A stretch of 64,000 nt of DNA from Candidatus Thorarchaeota archaeon (GCA_048882045.1 JBHLRZ010000006.1:1-64000); one strand, 5' to 3'; counted from the first letter of the stretch, positions 46,435 through 56,670 are shown. Numbers and translations are program-made. Notes: generated from the letters alone by a model not told the origin.

Positions 46435-47565
46435 TTAGATCCCACTGGCAATCTTTAGGTAGTCTATGCCTAAGGACTTCAGAGACTCAACAAGCTTGCC
46501 ACTTAGGATAAGTTTCTTGGATGAAAGTTCCTCAACCTTTTGTGAACCTGTCAGGTACATTGCGACTCTCAGTCCTTCTAGCATTCGTTCTAACTCTATA
46601 ACAACATCAAGGGCGCTTCCATGTACTGCAGGACGCAAGAGGGGATGGGCGACTCCAGCGGCAATTGATCCGAGAGCAAGAGCCTTGGCAATATCAAGTC
46701 CACTCCGGATCCCACCAGTAGCTATTACATCGAGGTCAGTGGCATCCAGCACCATCAATACACTGAGTGCAGTGGGTATTCCCCAATCCCAGAATTCTAG
46801 TCCAAGCTGTGCATTTAGGTCATCATCTTCTTTCAATGCTCGATAGTATTCAACTCCAGCCCAGCTTGTTCCTCCGACTCCACCCACATCGACACCTACA
46901 ACACCTGCATCTTCCAAACTCTTTGCTACCTCTCCGGATATACCCGCACCAGTTTCCTTTATGATGACTGGAACGTCAACGGAATCAACAATCATGGCGA
47001 TACTCTCTAGAGCTCCTTCAGAGTTACAGTCCCCCTCAGGTTGAATAGCTTCTTGGAGTGGATTGAGATGAACCGCAAGGATGTCAGCTTCTATCATTGA
47101 TACTGCTTCTGGAGCAACCTTGACATGAGTGGCACCGATATTAGCAATTATTGGAACAGATGGTGCGGTTTCCCTGACAATTCGGAATGTATCGGCCAAT
47201 GATGGATCCTCCACTGCAGCTCGTTGGCTACCCACACCTATGGGGAGCCCCAGCTCCTCCGCAGCACTAGCGAGTTTCTGGTTTACATTCAAGGTCTGGG
47301 GATGTCCACCAGTCATTGCAGCAATTATGAGCGGTGCACCAGCACGAAGTCCAAAGAAGTTTGTAGTGAGGTCAATACTGTCCTTATCAATCTCAGGTAG
47401 TGCGTTATGAACGAAATCTATGTCCTCAAACATTGTAGATCGTTGGCACTGGACATCCTCATCAAGGCAGATCTCGATGTGTTCAATCTTTCTTCTTCTT
47501 GTCAGTGAAGACTCAGAAGATTCATCCTCTGAACTTGAATCTGAATATGACCGTCCTTCAACCAT
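46435..47565 (-). CDS. fni: Isopentenyl-diphosphate isomerase type 2 (FMN-dependent)
   Basis: RKIEHI, MTGG, GVGSQRAA, NIG, HLNPLQE..QPEGD, KETGAG, GGTSW..VE..R, WGIPT, GGIR.G.D..KA. Confidence 0.95.
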   Translation of the reverse strand: MVEGRSYSDSSSEDESSESSLTRRRKIEHIEICLDEDVQCQRSTMFEDIDFVHNALPEIDKDSIDLTTNFFGLRAGAPLIIAAMTGGHPQTLNVNQKLASAAEELGLPIGVGSQRAAVEDPSLADTFRIVRETAPSVPIIANIGATHVKVAPEAVSMIEADILAVHLNPLQEAIQPEGDCNSEGALESIAMIVDSVDVPVIIKETGAGISGEVAKSLEDAGVVGVDVGGVGGTSWAGVEYYRALKEDDDLNAQLGLEFWDWGIPTALSVLMVLDATDLDVIATGGIRSGLDIAKALALGSIAAGVAHPLLRPAVHGSALDVVIELERMLEGLRVAMYLTGSQKVEELSSKKLILSGKLVESLKSLGIDYLKIASGI

Positions 47566-47709
47566 TGAGGTTCCTCCAGTAGGATGATAGAAGAATTAAT
47601 TCGTAGATAGGAGTTGTGGTTGTGCGTTTGAACCCTCAGAAATAGAAACTTGCGTGATGCGAAACCCTTAATCAATGACTTCAGCTACTCGCAGCACAGT
47701 GTGTGAACT

Positions 47710-48252
47710 ATGGCTGATGATGAGAAGATAAGAACCGAAGCTCCTGATGAAGAATCCGAGGAGAAGAAAGGTTTCTTCAGACCACTTCCAGAATCGGAAG
47801 AGCAGACACGCTTGGGGAAGGATGGTCGACCCCAACCCACAGTGAAGCTTCTGGGCATTTCAATGGCGGAAAGGACTCGGGACAGACTTATGCTCATACT
47901 CATTCCTGCACTAGTTGCGTTCATGAACACAACAATGTATTCGATGATTATCACTAACCAGATTACCAGCGATGCAATGTACCTCTTCTTTGTGCCTATA
48001 ATTGTAGCAATACCAATTGGATTAACAGCGGCTGATGTTGGTCGAGCCCTGATGGGAGGATTCTTTGCAGCTATTTTCTTCATGTTCTTCTTCATTTTTT
48101 TCCTAATCAATCCAGGATTGTTCATCCCTGAGCTCGGTGTGGAACAATTCATCTTCAGTGCTTTTCTGATAACTGTGGGGTACTTCATCCTCGTTATAGT
48201 GGCTAATTTGATAGGAGCAGCTGTTGGCATTATACTCCGGGAATTCTTCTGA
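47710..48252 (+). CDS. Hypothetical four-TM membrane protein
   Basis: Charged N-terminus followed by four hydrophobic segments. Confidence 0.75.
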   Translation: MADDEKIRTEAPDEESEEKKGFFRPLPESEEQTRLGKDGRPQPTVKLLGISMAERTRDRLMLILIPALVAFMNTTMYSMIITNQITSDAMYLFFVPIIVAIPIGLTAADVGRALMGGFFAAIFFMFFFIFFLINPGLFIPELGVEQFIFSAFLITVGYFILVIVANLIGAAVGIILREFF

Positions 48253-48326
48253 AAGCAAGTTCAGTGTTCACTATTCACTGGATATTCAGAAAGAGTAATG
48301 TGTCGGATTGTTTCGATGATAGTGAA

Positions 48327-49472
48327 ATGAGAGGAAAATTAGTTTATCCCTATTCTGATGCACTGCTAGGCTATGAGTTTCGACAGGATCATCCACTAAA
48401 ACCAGAAAGGCTAAAGCTCACCTATCTCCTTTCTAAGGAGCTTGGACTCCTTGACAAAATCGAGGTACTCGAACCAAATCATGCTACCCGGGAGGAACTC
48501 GAACTCTTTCATTCTCCAGAGTTTATTGATGCTGTAGAGGATAGTGGAATGAACAACAATCCACATCCAAGGTATGGATTGGGAACTTCTGATAATCCGA
48601 TTTTTCCTCAGGTTCATGACACTGGATTGAGGTATGTTGGAGCAACCCTGGATGCTATGAGAGCCATAATGGAAGGAGCATCCAATGCATTCTGTATCTC
48701 TGGAGGACTTCACCATGCACACAAGAGTCTAGCCTCTGGATTTTGTATCTATAATGATGTAGTAATAGCAATCAAATTGATGCAACAGCAAAGGAAGGCA
48801 AAGGTGCTCTACCTAGATATTGATGCACATCACGGCGATGGTGTCCAGAAGGCTTTCTTCGATTCGAAAGATGTATTGACTATTTCCATACATCAAACAG
48901 GGCAAACTCTCTTTCCAGGAACAGGATATGTCTACGAAACTGGAAGTGGAGAAGCAGCAGGTTATTCTGTAAACGTTCCTCTCTTGCCTGGTGCAGGAAC
49001 GCCAGAGCTCAATCAAATTTTCGAGGAGATAATTATACCATTGTTTGAGTCCTACAAACCCGATTTACTAGTGACTCAGCTTGGAGTTGATGGGCATTTC
49101 TTGGATCCACTTGCTCAGCTAGCATATACATCTCATGGCTTTGAGAGTATACTTGAAAGACTACGAGATATGTCATCTAAGAAATGTAAGATGGGATGGC
49201 TGGCGGTTGGAGGCGGAGGATATCATCCTGTCAATGTTGCTCGACTCTGGACCCTCTTTCTAGCCATTATGATAAAGGAGAAGGTGTCTGATGAGATTCC
49301 CGATACATTTCGTGAGATGAGTTCCGAAATGGGTTACAAAAATATTCCTGACCTGATGAGAGATGAGGAAGAAGTTGTTCAGATGTATGTTCCCAGAGAG
49401 GTGGTTTCACTGGAACTTGACCGGACCATCAGGAGGATAAAGGAACTGATATTCCCCTATCACGGTCTGTAA
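48327..49472 (+). CDS. Zn-dependent deacetylase, AcuC / class I HDAC-like
   Basis: HPLKP.R, DNP.F, GGLHHA, SGFCIYND, DIDAHHGDGVQ, FPGTG, NVPL, G.D...DPL, GGGGY. Confidence 0.92.
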   Translation: MRGKLVYPYSDALLGYEFRQDHPLKPERLKLTYLLSKELGLLDKIEVLEPNHATREELELFHSPEFIDAVEDSGMNNNPHPRYGLGTSDNPIFPQVHDTGLRYVGATLDAMRAIMEGASNAFCISGGLHHAHKSLASGFCIYNDVVIAIKLMQQQRKAKVLYLDIDAHHGDGVQKAFFDSKDVLTISIHQTGQTLFPGTGYVYETGSGEAAGYSVNVPLLPGAGTPELNQIFEEIIIPLFESYKPDLLVTQLGVDGHFLDPLAQLAYTSHGFESILERLRDMSSKKCKMGWLAVGGGGYHPVNVARLWTLFLAIMIKEKVSDEIPDTFREMSSEMGYKNIPDLMRDEEEVVQMYVPREVVSLELDRTIRRIKELIFPYHGL

Positions 49473-49475
49473 AAC

Positions 49476-50105
49476 TCATACATCAGACATAGCAAGTTGT
49501 GCGTCAATCCATTTTCGAATCATCTTCACAACAAGATCTGATGCAGCTACCATGATCACAGAGTCTGCATCTTCACTCAGAATTGAAGACGGATCAATTC
49601 CAGATTTAGCTACCCTGAGCAAGGACGGGTAGCACAGAAATCCTAAACCTTCGACTATATCCATCGAATCAGTTCCAGAAATGTGGAGTTTGTCCCCTAA
49701 TACTTCAGTCGGGGAGAGCTTCGGATCACTGTTGAAGAGTTTCACTAGCAAGTCATTCTCAGAGGAAATGATGACATCGGGCTCAACACACTCATCGAAT
49801 ACCGAAGCTCGTCCTTTGTCAAATACCACAGAATACTCTTCATCTAGGTCTATGGCCTTGATACAAAAGGTAATCTCCTTGTAAGAGTCGGTGACAGAGC
49901 TTATGTGCTGTTCAAAATCATCCTCAGACATCTTACTGAGTTCTTGTACCATATCTATGCTAACGTTGAGAGCCGCCCTGCAACCATCAACGACTGGACC
50001 TAAGTACTCCATCAACATGAATTGGTCATTATTGATGTTGTTGGCTATCTCAAGAAGACTCCTTTCCAGACTCTTTGGAAGTTCATCATCACTCAAATCA
50101 AACAA
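49476..50105 (-). CDS. Hypothetical protein with SCP2-like domain
   Basis: F.I....YSVVFDKG.......EPDVII......L.KL....L.ISG resembles the SCP2 fold pattern. Confidence 0.5.
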   Translation of the reverse strand: MFDLSDDELPKSLERSLLEIANNINNDQFMLMEYLGPVVDGCRAALNVSIDMVQELSKMSEDDFEQHISSVTDSYKEITFCIKAIDLDEEYSVVFDKGRASVFDECVEPDVIISSENDLLVKLFNSDPKLSPTEVLGDKLHISGTDSMDIVEGLGFLCYPSLLRVAKSGIDPSSILSEDADSVIMVAASDLVVKMIRKWIDAQLAMSDV

Positions 50106-50211
50106 CTCAGCTATCCTGAATGATTCTCGTATTTAGAGATGCTGATAGGTCATGTATTCGTGCAACATTCATAGAAAAGTGAATCTGTAAAGTTTTCAAT
50201 GAGGTATCCGA

Positions 50212-50967
50212 TTGACTACCGACATTCATACGCATTTGGGCTATGGCCAAAATGAGGTAGCTGATGTCACCTTCGACAATCTCGAAGAGCATGTTGATTT
50301 GTTGGTTTCTCGCATGGATACATTCGGAATTGCCAGAGCTGTTCTAACGCCACATGAACCTGTCATCAGCACAGAACTGTATCTGAAGGCATCTGAGATC
50401 TACCCTGACCGCTTGTTCTCCGCTTGTTCAATAGTACCCAGACCAATTGACTTGGCAAAAAAGAAACTTGCAGAATATGTTGATCGGGGATGTAGAGCAC
50501 TTGTTCTTGATGATGCAGTGTACCATCCAAAGGATCCTGCTGCTGAGTCATTGGTTGTAGATGCTGTGAATAGTGAACTTCCGGTCTATCTTCATAACGA
50601 GGTCATGACTTCTGAAACAATCACATTTCTTGACAGAGTATCGACACTATACGATGAAGGCAAATTTGTGGTCCTTAGTATGGGCGGACTCTTCGGATTC
50701 CCACAAATCATTCCGATGATGTCGAGGGCCAACATTTGGCTAGAATTGTCAATGACATTCATCCGACTTGTTGAATCACCGCTTCGAGTATTTCTAGATG
50801 CAGTACTCCAGGATATCGGTGCGAGAAAACTGGTGTTTGGTTCAGGGTATCATAGTCAGTATCCTGACATGATGGATGCACTCAACATGATCAACCTAAA
50901 CATAGAAACATCGAGGTTGATTACCAAGGAGAATGCTTGGTTAATCCTTGGTCTCGCTTTTTCATAA
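50212..50967 (+). CDS. Amidohydrolase_2-like TIM-barrel protein (degenerate metal site)
   Basis: DIHTH, MD..GI.RAV, LPVYLH, NIWLELS, KLVFGSG. Confidence 0.75.
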   Translation: MTTDIHTHLGYGQNEVADVTFDNLEEHVDLLVSRMDTFGIARAVLTPHEPVISTELYLKASEIYPDRLFSACSIVPRPIDLAKKKLAEYVDRGCRALVLDDAVYHPKDPAAESLVVDAVNSELPVYLHNEVMTSETITFLDRVSTLYDEGKFVVLSMGGLFGFPQIIPMMSRANIWLELSMTFIRLVESPLRVFLDAVLQDIGARKLVFGSGYHSQYPDMMDALNMINLNIETSRLITKENAWLILGLAFS

Positions 50968-50970
50968 TCC

Positions 50971-51300
50971 CTATCCTGCAAGCACTTGCTGATGAATCAG
51001 GAATTCGATATCTTCATTCTTGGGTAGTCCAATAATCTGAGCACTACCAACGAGTATCATTGGCAGTGCAATCGCATTGTAAGCCTCGATAATCTCTGGA
51101 TTTTCTTCAACAGCTGTTTCTATAACCTCCACTGGCAGGTTGAGATGATTGAACTTTTCAGCTACCTCTCGAGCGGCATCAAGAGCCTCTTGACAGAACG
51201 CACAGTTTGAACTCGTGAAGACATTAACCTTCAAAGATCCTGAGCCTGAACAGATATCCTCCATTTGAGGCTGGGCCTTGAATTGGTTTCGCTGCATCAT
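50971..51300 (-). CDS. Thioredoxin/glutaredoxin-like protein
   Basis: VFTSSNCAFC, cis-Pro ALP, IIGLP. Confidence 0.85.
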   Translation of the reverse strand: MMQRNQFKAQPQMEDICSGSGSLKVNVFTSSNCAFCQEALDAAREVAEKFNHLNLPVEVIETAVEENPEIIEAYNAIALPMILVGSAQIIGLPKNEDIEFLIHQQVLAG

Positions 51301-51322
51301 GGTTTCATACTCCTGTCGAGAG

Positions 51323-51556
51323 TCACTCCGCAAAAGTAGGTGGTTTGAGTCTCACATACTCAGCAACCGAGTCAACAGATCGAAGAGGAATAGCTTCCCA
51401 AGATCGTTTGGTTTCCTTATCCGTTCCTCTCTCAATTATGACGAATGGTCCGTTGGCATCGTCAAACCAGACTTTCTTGACCTTCCCAACAGGGAATCCT
51501 CTAAAGTCAGTAACTATCTTTCCTTTCAAAAGCCATTTCATTTCGTCGCTTTCCAT
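51323..51556 (-). CDS. Single PRC-barrel domain protein
   Basis: LKGKIVTDFRGFPVGKVKKVWFD...AIPLRSVDSVAEYVRL is the PRC-barrel pattern. Confidence 0.8.
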   Translation of the reverse strand: MESDEMKWLLKGKIVTDFRGFPVGKVKKVWFDDANGPFVIIERGTDKETKRSWEAIPLRSVDSVAEYVRLKPPTFAE

Positions 51557-51724
51557 TGTCCTCAACGAGAATTACTTGACGAAGACATAGAATAGGGTGT
51601 GTACTACACCCGCAATTCTAACGTAACACTAACTCGGGTTGGAAATGTGGTCATCCTCGAGACCTGACTACCTCAACAACTCCCGAAGCGCCACATTCTA
51701 TGAGAGCATAGGCCTTATGGACAT

Positions 51725-52327
51725 TCAATTGTCCGTGTATAGGTCTTCATCCTTTTCCTCGTCGTAGCCCCACTCCACTATCGTGTCACTGTCAGTTGGG
51801 AGGAAAGTACCAGCTACAAAGTATCCACCGATAGCCATGATTAAACCGATAATGTTCATTGATCCTCCAATTCCAACATAGATTTTTGAATCGCTCATCT
51901 GCTCAATTCCCAAATCGACAAGTGAAGTGCCATAAACACGGTCCATCGTCAGAGTGTAATTACCTGGATCGATATCAATTATCATACTCGCTTCGTAGAA
52001 GGTTGAATCAGGCGTTTCCACAATGTGCTCTGCAGTAAGCGTGAAATTCACTGTATATGTGTCAAGAGTCGAGTTCTCAACAAAGACTATGTCTATGTAT
52101 ATTGGCGTAGTATTTCCAGGACGCACAGAAACTGAAACCTCGAGTTGTGGATAGTACCCCTGCGAATCCCATACGGAAAAGGTTCGTTGGGCATTCTGGG
52201 TTACTGCGAGATTCACATAGTGATAAGGCGCCATTAGAACAATGGCACCACCCAACAGAATTATGAAAGCTCCGCCAAAATAGAGGAACGCTTTCTTGCT
52301 TAACCAGATACTACCCATTCGCATCAA
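51725..52327 (-). CDS. Hypothetical membrane protein (TM - beta domain - TM)
   Basis: Two TMs flanking a beta-rich domain (IDPGNYTL); acidic tail. Confidence 0.7.
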   Translation of the reverse strand: MMRMGSIWLSKKAFLYFGGAFIILLGGAIVLMAPYHYVNLAVTQNAQRTFSVWDSQGYYPQLEVSVSVRPGNTTPIYIDIVFVENSTLDTYTVNFTLTAEHIVETPDSTFYEASMIIDIDPGNYTLTMDRVYGTSLVDLGIEQMSDSKIYVGIGGSMNIIGLIMAIGGYFVAGTFLPTDSDTIVEWGYDEEKDEDLYTDN

Positions 52328-52396
52328 CTATATTCAGCCCTGCGTAATTAGATATAGATGTAACGACCTGTGTAATCTTATGGAGAGGCTTCTAAA

Positions 52397-54061
52397 GTGA
52401 CTGACTTTGTTGAACTGGCAAAGGTGCTTGATAGCATAGCAGATACAACAAAGCGAACTCTGAAGATTAGAATAGCAGGAGAATTCCTTCGAGGAGTAGA
52501 TCCGGATGAGATAGGCCAGACTGCTTTATTTTTGAGTGGAAGAATCTTCGCTGAGAGAGATCAACGTGTGTTGAATTTATCATGGAGGGGACTTCTCAAT
52601 GCCATAGGATCTCTGATGGATTTGAAAGATGACAGTGTTTCCAGTGTATATGAGGGAGATGTTGGAGAAGCAATAGCAACATTAGTTGAGGAATATGGAA
52701 AGACTAGGCAGACAACACTATTTTCGGAACCTCTCACGATTGGATCTGTTTGGAAAACTGCACTGAAGATTGCTGATACCAAAGGTAAAGGATCTGTTAA
52801 AGAGCGAGAAGCACTCATTGCTAGTCTCTTCGTGGAGGCATCTCCAAGAGAAGCTAGGTATCTCGCAGCTCTCTTCCTGGCAGATATGCGTACAGGACTG
52901 TCTGAAGGACTCCTGGTAGAGAGTATAGCATTTGCCTACGAAATCAGTCCCACGATTGTAAGACGTGCATGGAGTTTCATCGGAGACCTCGGAGAAGTAG
53001 CCAGACTCGCATATGATGGTGAAGCACTAGACAAAATAAATGTAAAAGTGATGCGTGCAGTGAAACCAATGCTTGCCAGCCCCTCTGATGATGTTGGATC
53101 CTTGCTTGATTCTACAACCGGATTCTCCTTTGAAATGAAACTAGATGGAGCAAGAGTACAGATTCATAAAGAGGAGGATAGGGTGAAGATCTTCTCTAGA
53201 AGACTCATTGATGTAACTGAGAGTCTTCCAGACATAGTTGAGATTGTCCAGAACACCATTTCAGCTAGAAGGATAATTCTTGATGGTGAAGTACTCGCCG
53301 TTGATGAATCTGGAAAACCGTATCCATTCCAGGTTGTTATGACTAGATTTGGTCGGACACGTGATATTGATGTTGCACATCAAGACACCAGGCTGAAACT
53401 GGTGCTATTTGACATCCTTCTCCTTGATGATGATCATCTTGTAGACAGCCCTTATTCTGAGCGACGGCTAAGTCTTGAGAATTCTGTATCAAGTGAATTT
53501 GTCATTGAAAGGTTGGTTTCGGACGATGTTGAAGAAGTGAATGATTACTTCAGAAAGAGTCGAGAGTCAGGTCATGAAGGACTTGTTGCCAAGTCAATGC
53601 AATCTCCATATGAACCGGGAGTCAGAGGAAAACATTGGTTCAAAATAAAACACACACTCGAAACAATGGATCTGATGATTATTGCAGCTGAGTGGGGTCA
53701 TGGGAGGAGGAATAAATGGCTGTCAGACTATCATCTCGCCGTAAGAGATGAGGCAACTGACCAGTTCGTGATGATTGGGAAAACCTACAAAGGCCTCACG
53801 GATGCAGAATTTGAACAGATAACACAGGACCTCAAAAAGTTAGAGATCTCACAGCGCAGAGGTGTTGTCCAAGTCAGACCGGAGATAGTTGTCGAAGTCC
53901 TTGCGGCTGAAATCCAAGAGAGTCCCACTTACTCTTCTGGATACGCACTTAGGTTTGCACGCATTATCAACATTCGTGAAGACAAAGGTCCTGAGGATGT
54001 GATGACACTTGAAGAACTCGAGAAGGTGTTCAATGACCAGTTCAGATACAAGGCTCGTTGA
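52397..54061 (+). CDS. lig: ATP-dependent DNA ligase
   Basis: KPMLA, EMKLDGARVQIH, FSRR, LDGEV, FDIL, EGLVAK, YEPGVRG..WFKIK, LRFARI...REDK. Confidence 0.97.
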   Translation: MTDFVELAKVLDSIADTTKRTLKIRIAGEFLRGVDPDEIGQTALFLSGRIFAERDQRVLNLSWRGLLNAIGSLMDLKDDSVSSVYEGDVGEAIATLVEEYGKTRQTTLFSEPLTIGSVWKTALKIADTKGKGSVKEREALIASLFVEASPREARYLAALFLADMRTGLSEGLLVESIAFAYEISPTIVRRAWSFIGDLGEVARLAYDGEALDKINVKVMRAVKPMLASPSDDVGSLLDSTTGFSFEMKLDGARVQIHKEEDRVKIFSRRLIDVTESLPDIVEIVQNTISARRIILDGEVLAVDESGKPYPFQVVMTRFGRTRDIDVAHQDTRLKLVLFDILLLDDDHLVDSPYSERRLSLENSVSSEFVIERLVSDDVEEVNDYFRKSRESGHEGLVAKSMQSPYEPGVRGKHWFKIKHTLETMDLMIIAAEWGHGRRNKWLSDYHLAVRDEATDQFVMIGKTYKGLTDAEFEQITQDLKKLEISQRRGVVQVRPEIVVEVLAAEIQESPTYSSGYALRFARIINIREDKGPEDVMTLEELEKVFNDQFRYKAR

Positions 54062-54124
54062 GTGGTTTATATACTCAAGAAGATACACTAAATTGTAGTC
54101 AATTAGACTGTAGGTCGGGGGCAC

Positions 54125-55219
54125 ATGTTAATGGGACGGAAACAGCAGATATCACATCTAATTCCAAAGAACCATTTCTGCTCACTATCGATGTTCCGTG
54201 AAGAGCCACTGATCAATTGGACTTTTACAAGATCTGTTCTCTTCACTGCTTACGATGTATATAGGAGCAACGACTTCTGGTTAGATTCAGTCATCAGTTC
54301 TGGAGTCACATTGAAGGAGGCATTGGTCGAACTCGGCTTTCCTAAGACCAACACAATCATAGCAGACACAGGCATCTTCGAGATGGAAGCAAAGAGGGCT
54401 GGAATCGCGCGAAATCTTGGAATCCACGTTGATATCGAACTGTCAAACGACCAAATCTTCGAAGCCTATGAACTATCGGGTGCTGATTATTTTGTGTCAC
54501 CTGATGTGATTGTACTTCCTACCGATCAACCAGATACAATACACAACAAAATCAACACTATGATGTCTAACTTGAACGATCTGCTGGAGAGAGTCAGTCC
54601 CACCAAGGTGATTGCAGTAATTCAGGGACATCAACAAAGCATCATAGACAATCAGCTTGATTTCTACAGAGAGAATGATGTCAGATGTTATGCTATGGGA
54701 GGGGTAATTCCGTTGTATCATCATGATAAGAAGCTGTTAGAGAAAACACTGGAATATGTTAGAGGAGAAACTCGGGATGACTGGCTACATGTTTTTGGGC
54801 TTCCAAGAATCGGGCTATTATCGTACTATCTAAGAGATATGGGATTTGACAGCGTCGATACCTCAATGCTGTTGTATATGTCAGCTAGGAGAAAGTATAT
54901 GGAAGGTCTAAATCCAATAACTGTGAAGGATGCAACATTCGAAAAGTGTGGTTGTCCAGGTTGTACTGAGCTTGTTGCTTTGAAGCATGCGGCTCAAAGT
55001 TCGGAATTCTTTGTCAATCTATATATCCATAACATCATTACAGCTGCGAGGGAGTCGCTTCGCCTTTCAAATGGGAGTTCAAAGTTGCAAGAAGTTCCGC
55101 TTAAAGTCTATCCAGAGAATGCAAGGTCTATTTCAAACATCGACGAGAATCCAATATCGGGAACCTATGAATTGGAATGGATGAGAGCGGATGAAACAAT
55201 GTCTGAGAACAGAGAATAG
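54125..55219 (+). CDS. Divergent tRNA-guanine transglycosylase (TGT)-family protein, catalytic + Zn domain only
   Basis: ADTGIFE (DSGGFQ equivalent), SPD, VIQG, MGGVIP, LHVFG, DSVDTS, CGCPGC..HN. Confidence 0.8.
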   Translation: MLMGRKQQISHLIPKNHFCSLSMFREEPLINWTFTRSVLFTAYDVYRSNDFWLDSVISSGVTLKEALVELGFPKTNTIIADTGIFEMEAKRAGIARNLGIHVDIELSNDQIFEAYELSGADYFVSPDVIVLPTDQPDTIHNKINTMMSNLNDLLERVSPTKVIAVIQGHQQSIIDNQLDFYRENDVRCYAMGGVIPLYHHDKKLLEKTLEYVRGETRDDWLHVFGLPRIGLLSYYLRDMGFDSVDTSMLLYMSARRKYMEGLNPITVKDATFEKCGCPGCTELVALKHAAQSSEFFVNLYIHNIITAARESLRLSNGSSKLQEVPLKVYPENARSISNIDENPISGTYELEWMRADETMSENRE

Positions 55220-55291
55220 GTGACTCGAACCGCAGTGTTTATAATTAGTACATGCCGGCTGTTGGTGCATACGCACACGGAGTCCCCCGAA

Positions 55292-55681
55292 ATGTGGACA
55301 GAAATAACGCTATTACCTTTCTTACTCATCCTGATAGTCTTCTTCCTGCTTTGGCTGACCCATGAGGGACAACGCTGGCAGAAGCATCCTCAGTTAGGCA
55401 TTTTTGGCCGGTTCATTCAGGCATCTCCGAAAAGGGCGTTCCTTTCGTTCTTGTTCTTGTTCTTGCTATTGATTCCTGCGTCACTTCTTCTCATGTCAGG
55501 AGTCTGGTTGGATGCTTTAGGGACACCTCTAGGTCCGCAGAGAGTTGACGTTGTAAACGTGATGTTGTCGCTGTTCTTGGTCTTAGCATTCACATTTCCA
55601 GTAATGTGGAGTTCACTCGGAACTTGGCGTCAGGCTAAGCGTGCAGAAGCTGAGATGAGAGTTCGACCAACTGGAATGTAA
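55292..55681 (+). CDS. Hypothetical three-TM membrane protein
   Basis: Three hydrophobic segments; start taken at MWTEIT. Confidence 0.7.
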   Translation: MWTEITLLPFLLILIVFFLLWLTHEGQRWQKHPQLGIFGRFIQASPKRAFLSFLFLFLLLIPASLLLMSGVWLDALGTPLGPQRVDVVNVMLSLFLVLAFTFPVMWSSLGTWRQAKRAEAEMRVRPTGM

Positions 55682-55758
55682 TTTCCATATTGACTATGGC
55701 TGATAGTCCAACTGCTGGGCTATCTCGCCATTTCGTTGTGTAGGGAGAGGATGTTACT

Positions 55759-56670
55759 TTGGTCTTCACCAAAATTGCTGATTCAGTCTTTGTTGTTATT
55801 GGTGGTTCCTTCCCTAGATGCAACACGGTTGTTGTACTTGCTGATGAGGTTGTGGTAATCGATCCAGGATGCGCAGTTGAGGACCTTAGAGGATTCCTAA
55901 TGAAACAGAATCTCGAACTCAGAAATATAGGTACAATCATTCTTACTCACATACATCCAGACCACATCATTCATACCATGAGATTGAACAGACTCTCAGG
56001 ATGTAGGATAGCAGCCAATGAGATTACAGCTCCATTGTTCAATGAGAAAGAAGAGATGAAGAAGTTCCTTGGTTTTCACAAGGGAAATCCGGTTCGAAAG
56101 ATGTGGGAAAAACTAGTCAACGAGAAAATGTATGGAGCTCTTGATGAGGGACGAGTTGATGAGATTGTCAAGAATAGAAGTAGTCTTAATCTTGGAACAA
56201 TAACACTGAGAACCCTCTACACACCAGGACATATCCCGGATCACATGTGTATAGAGATTCTCGAACCAAACATTATCTTTGGTTCAGATCTGGACCTCAC
56301 AGAGTTTGGACCATACTATGGTCATCCCAATAGCTCCATACCAGATTTTAAGGAGTCAATACGCAAAGTGCAGCATGGAAAGTATAAGGGACTCATAAGT
56401 GGGCATCTTAGAGAACCTCTTGTCTTGGACTATCAGGACCGTTTGTCCGCATATGCACGTCAGATTGGAATGAGGGAGGACTTGGTCTACTCAGCAATTC
56501 TGGAGGGTGCCAAATCGATCCCAGAGATTATTGTAAATCCTATCATCTACCCCTCGTTAACAGATCCAGTATACCTCCAATTCGAAACGTGGATGATTGA
56601 ACACCATGTCGCTTCATTGATTGATAACGGTCTCATAGAGGATGACCGTGGAAAGCTGAAGCCAGTCTAG
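55759..56670 (+). CDS. MBL-fold metallo-hydrolase
   Basis: IDPG, THIHPDH, TPGH..DH, SGH. Confidence 0.88.
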   Translation: MVFTKIADSVFVVIGGSFPRCNTVVVLADEVVVIDPGCAVEDLRGFLMKQNLELRNIGTIILTHIHPDHIIHTMRLNRLSGCRIAANEITAPLFNEKEEMKKFLGFHKGNPVRKMWEKLVNEKMYGALDEGRVDEIVKNRSSLNLGTITLRTLYTPGHIPDHMCIEILEPNIIFGSDLDLTEFGPYYGHPNSSIPDFKESIRKVQHGKYKGLISGHLREPLVLDYQDRLSAYARQIGMREDLVYSAILEGAKSIPEIIVNPIIYPSLTDPVYLQFETWMIEHHVASLIDNGLIEDDRGKLKPV

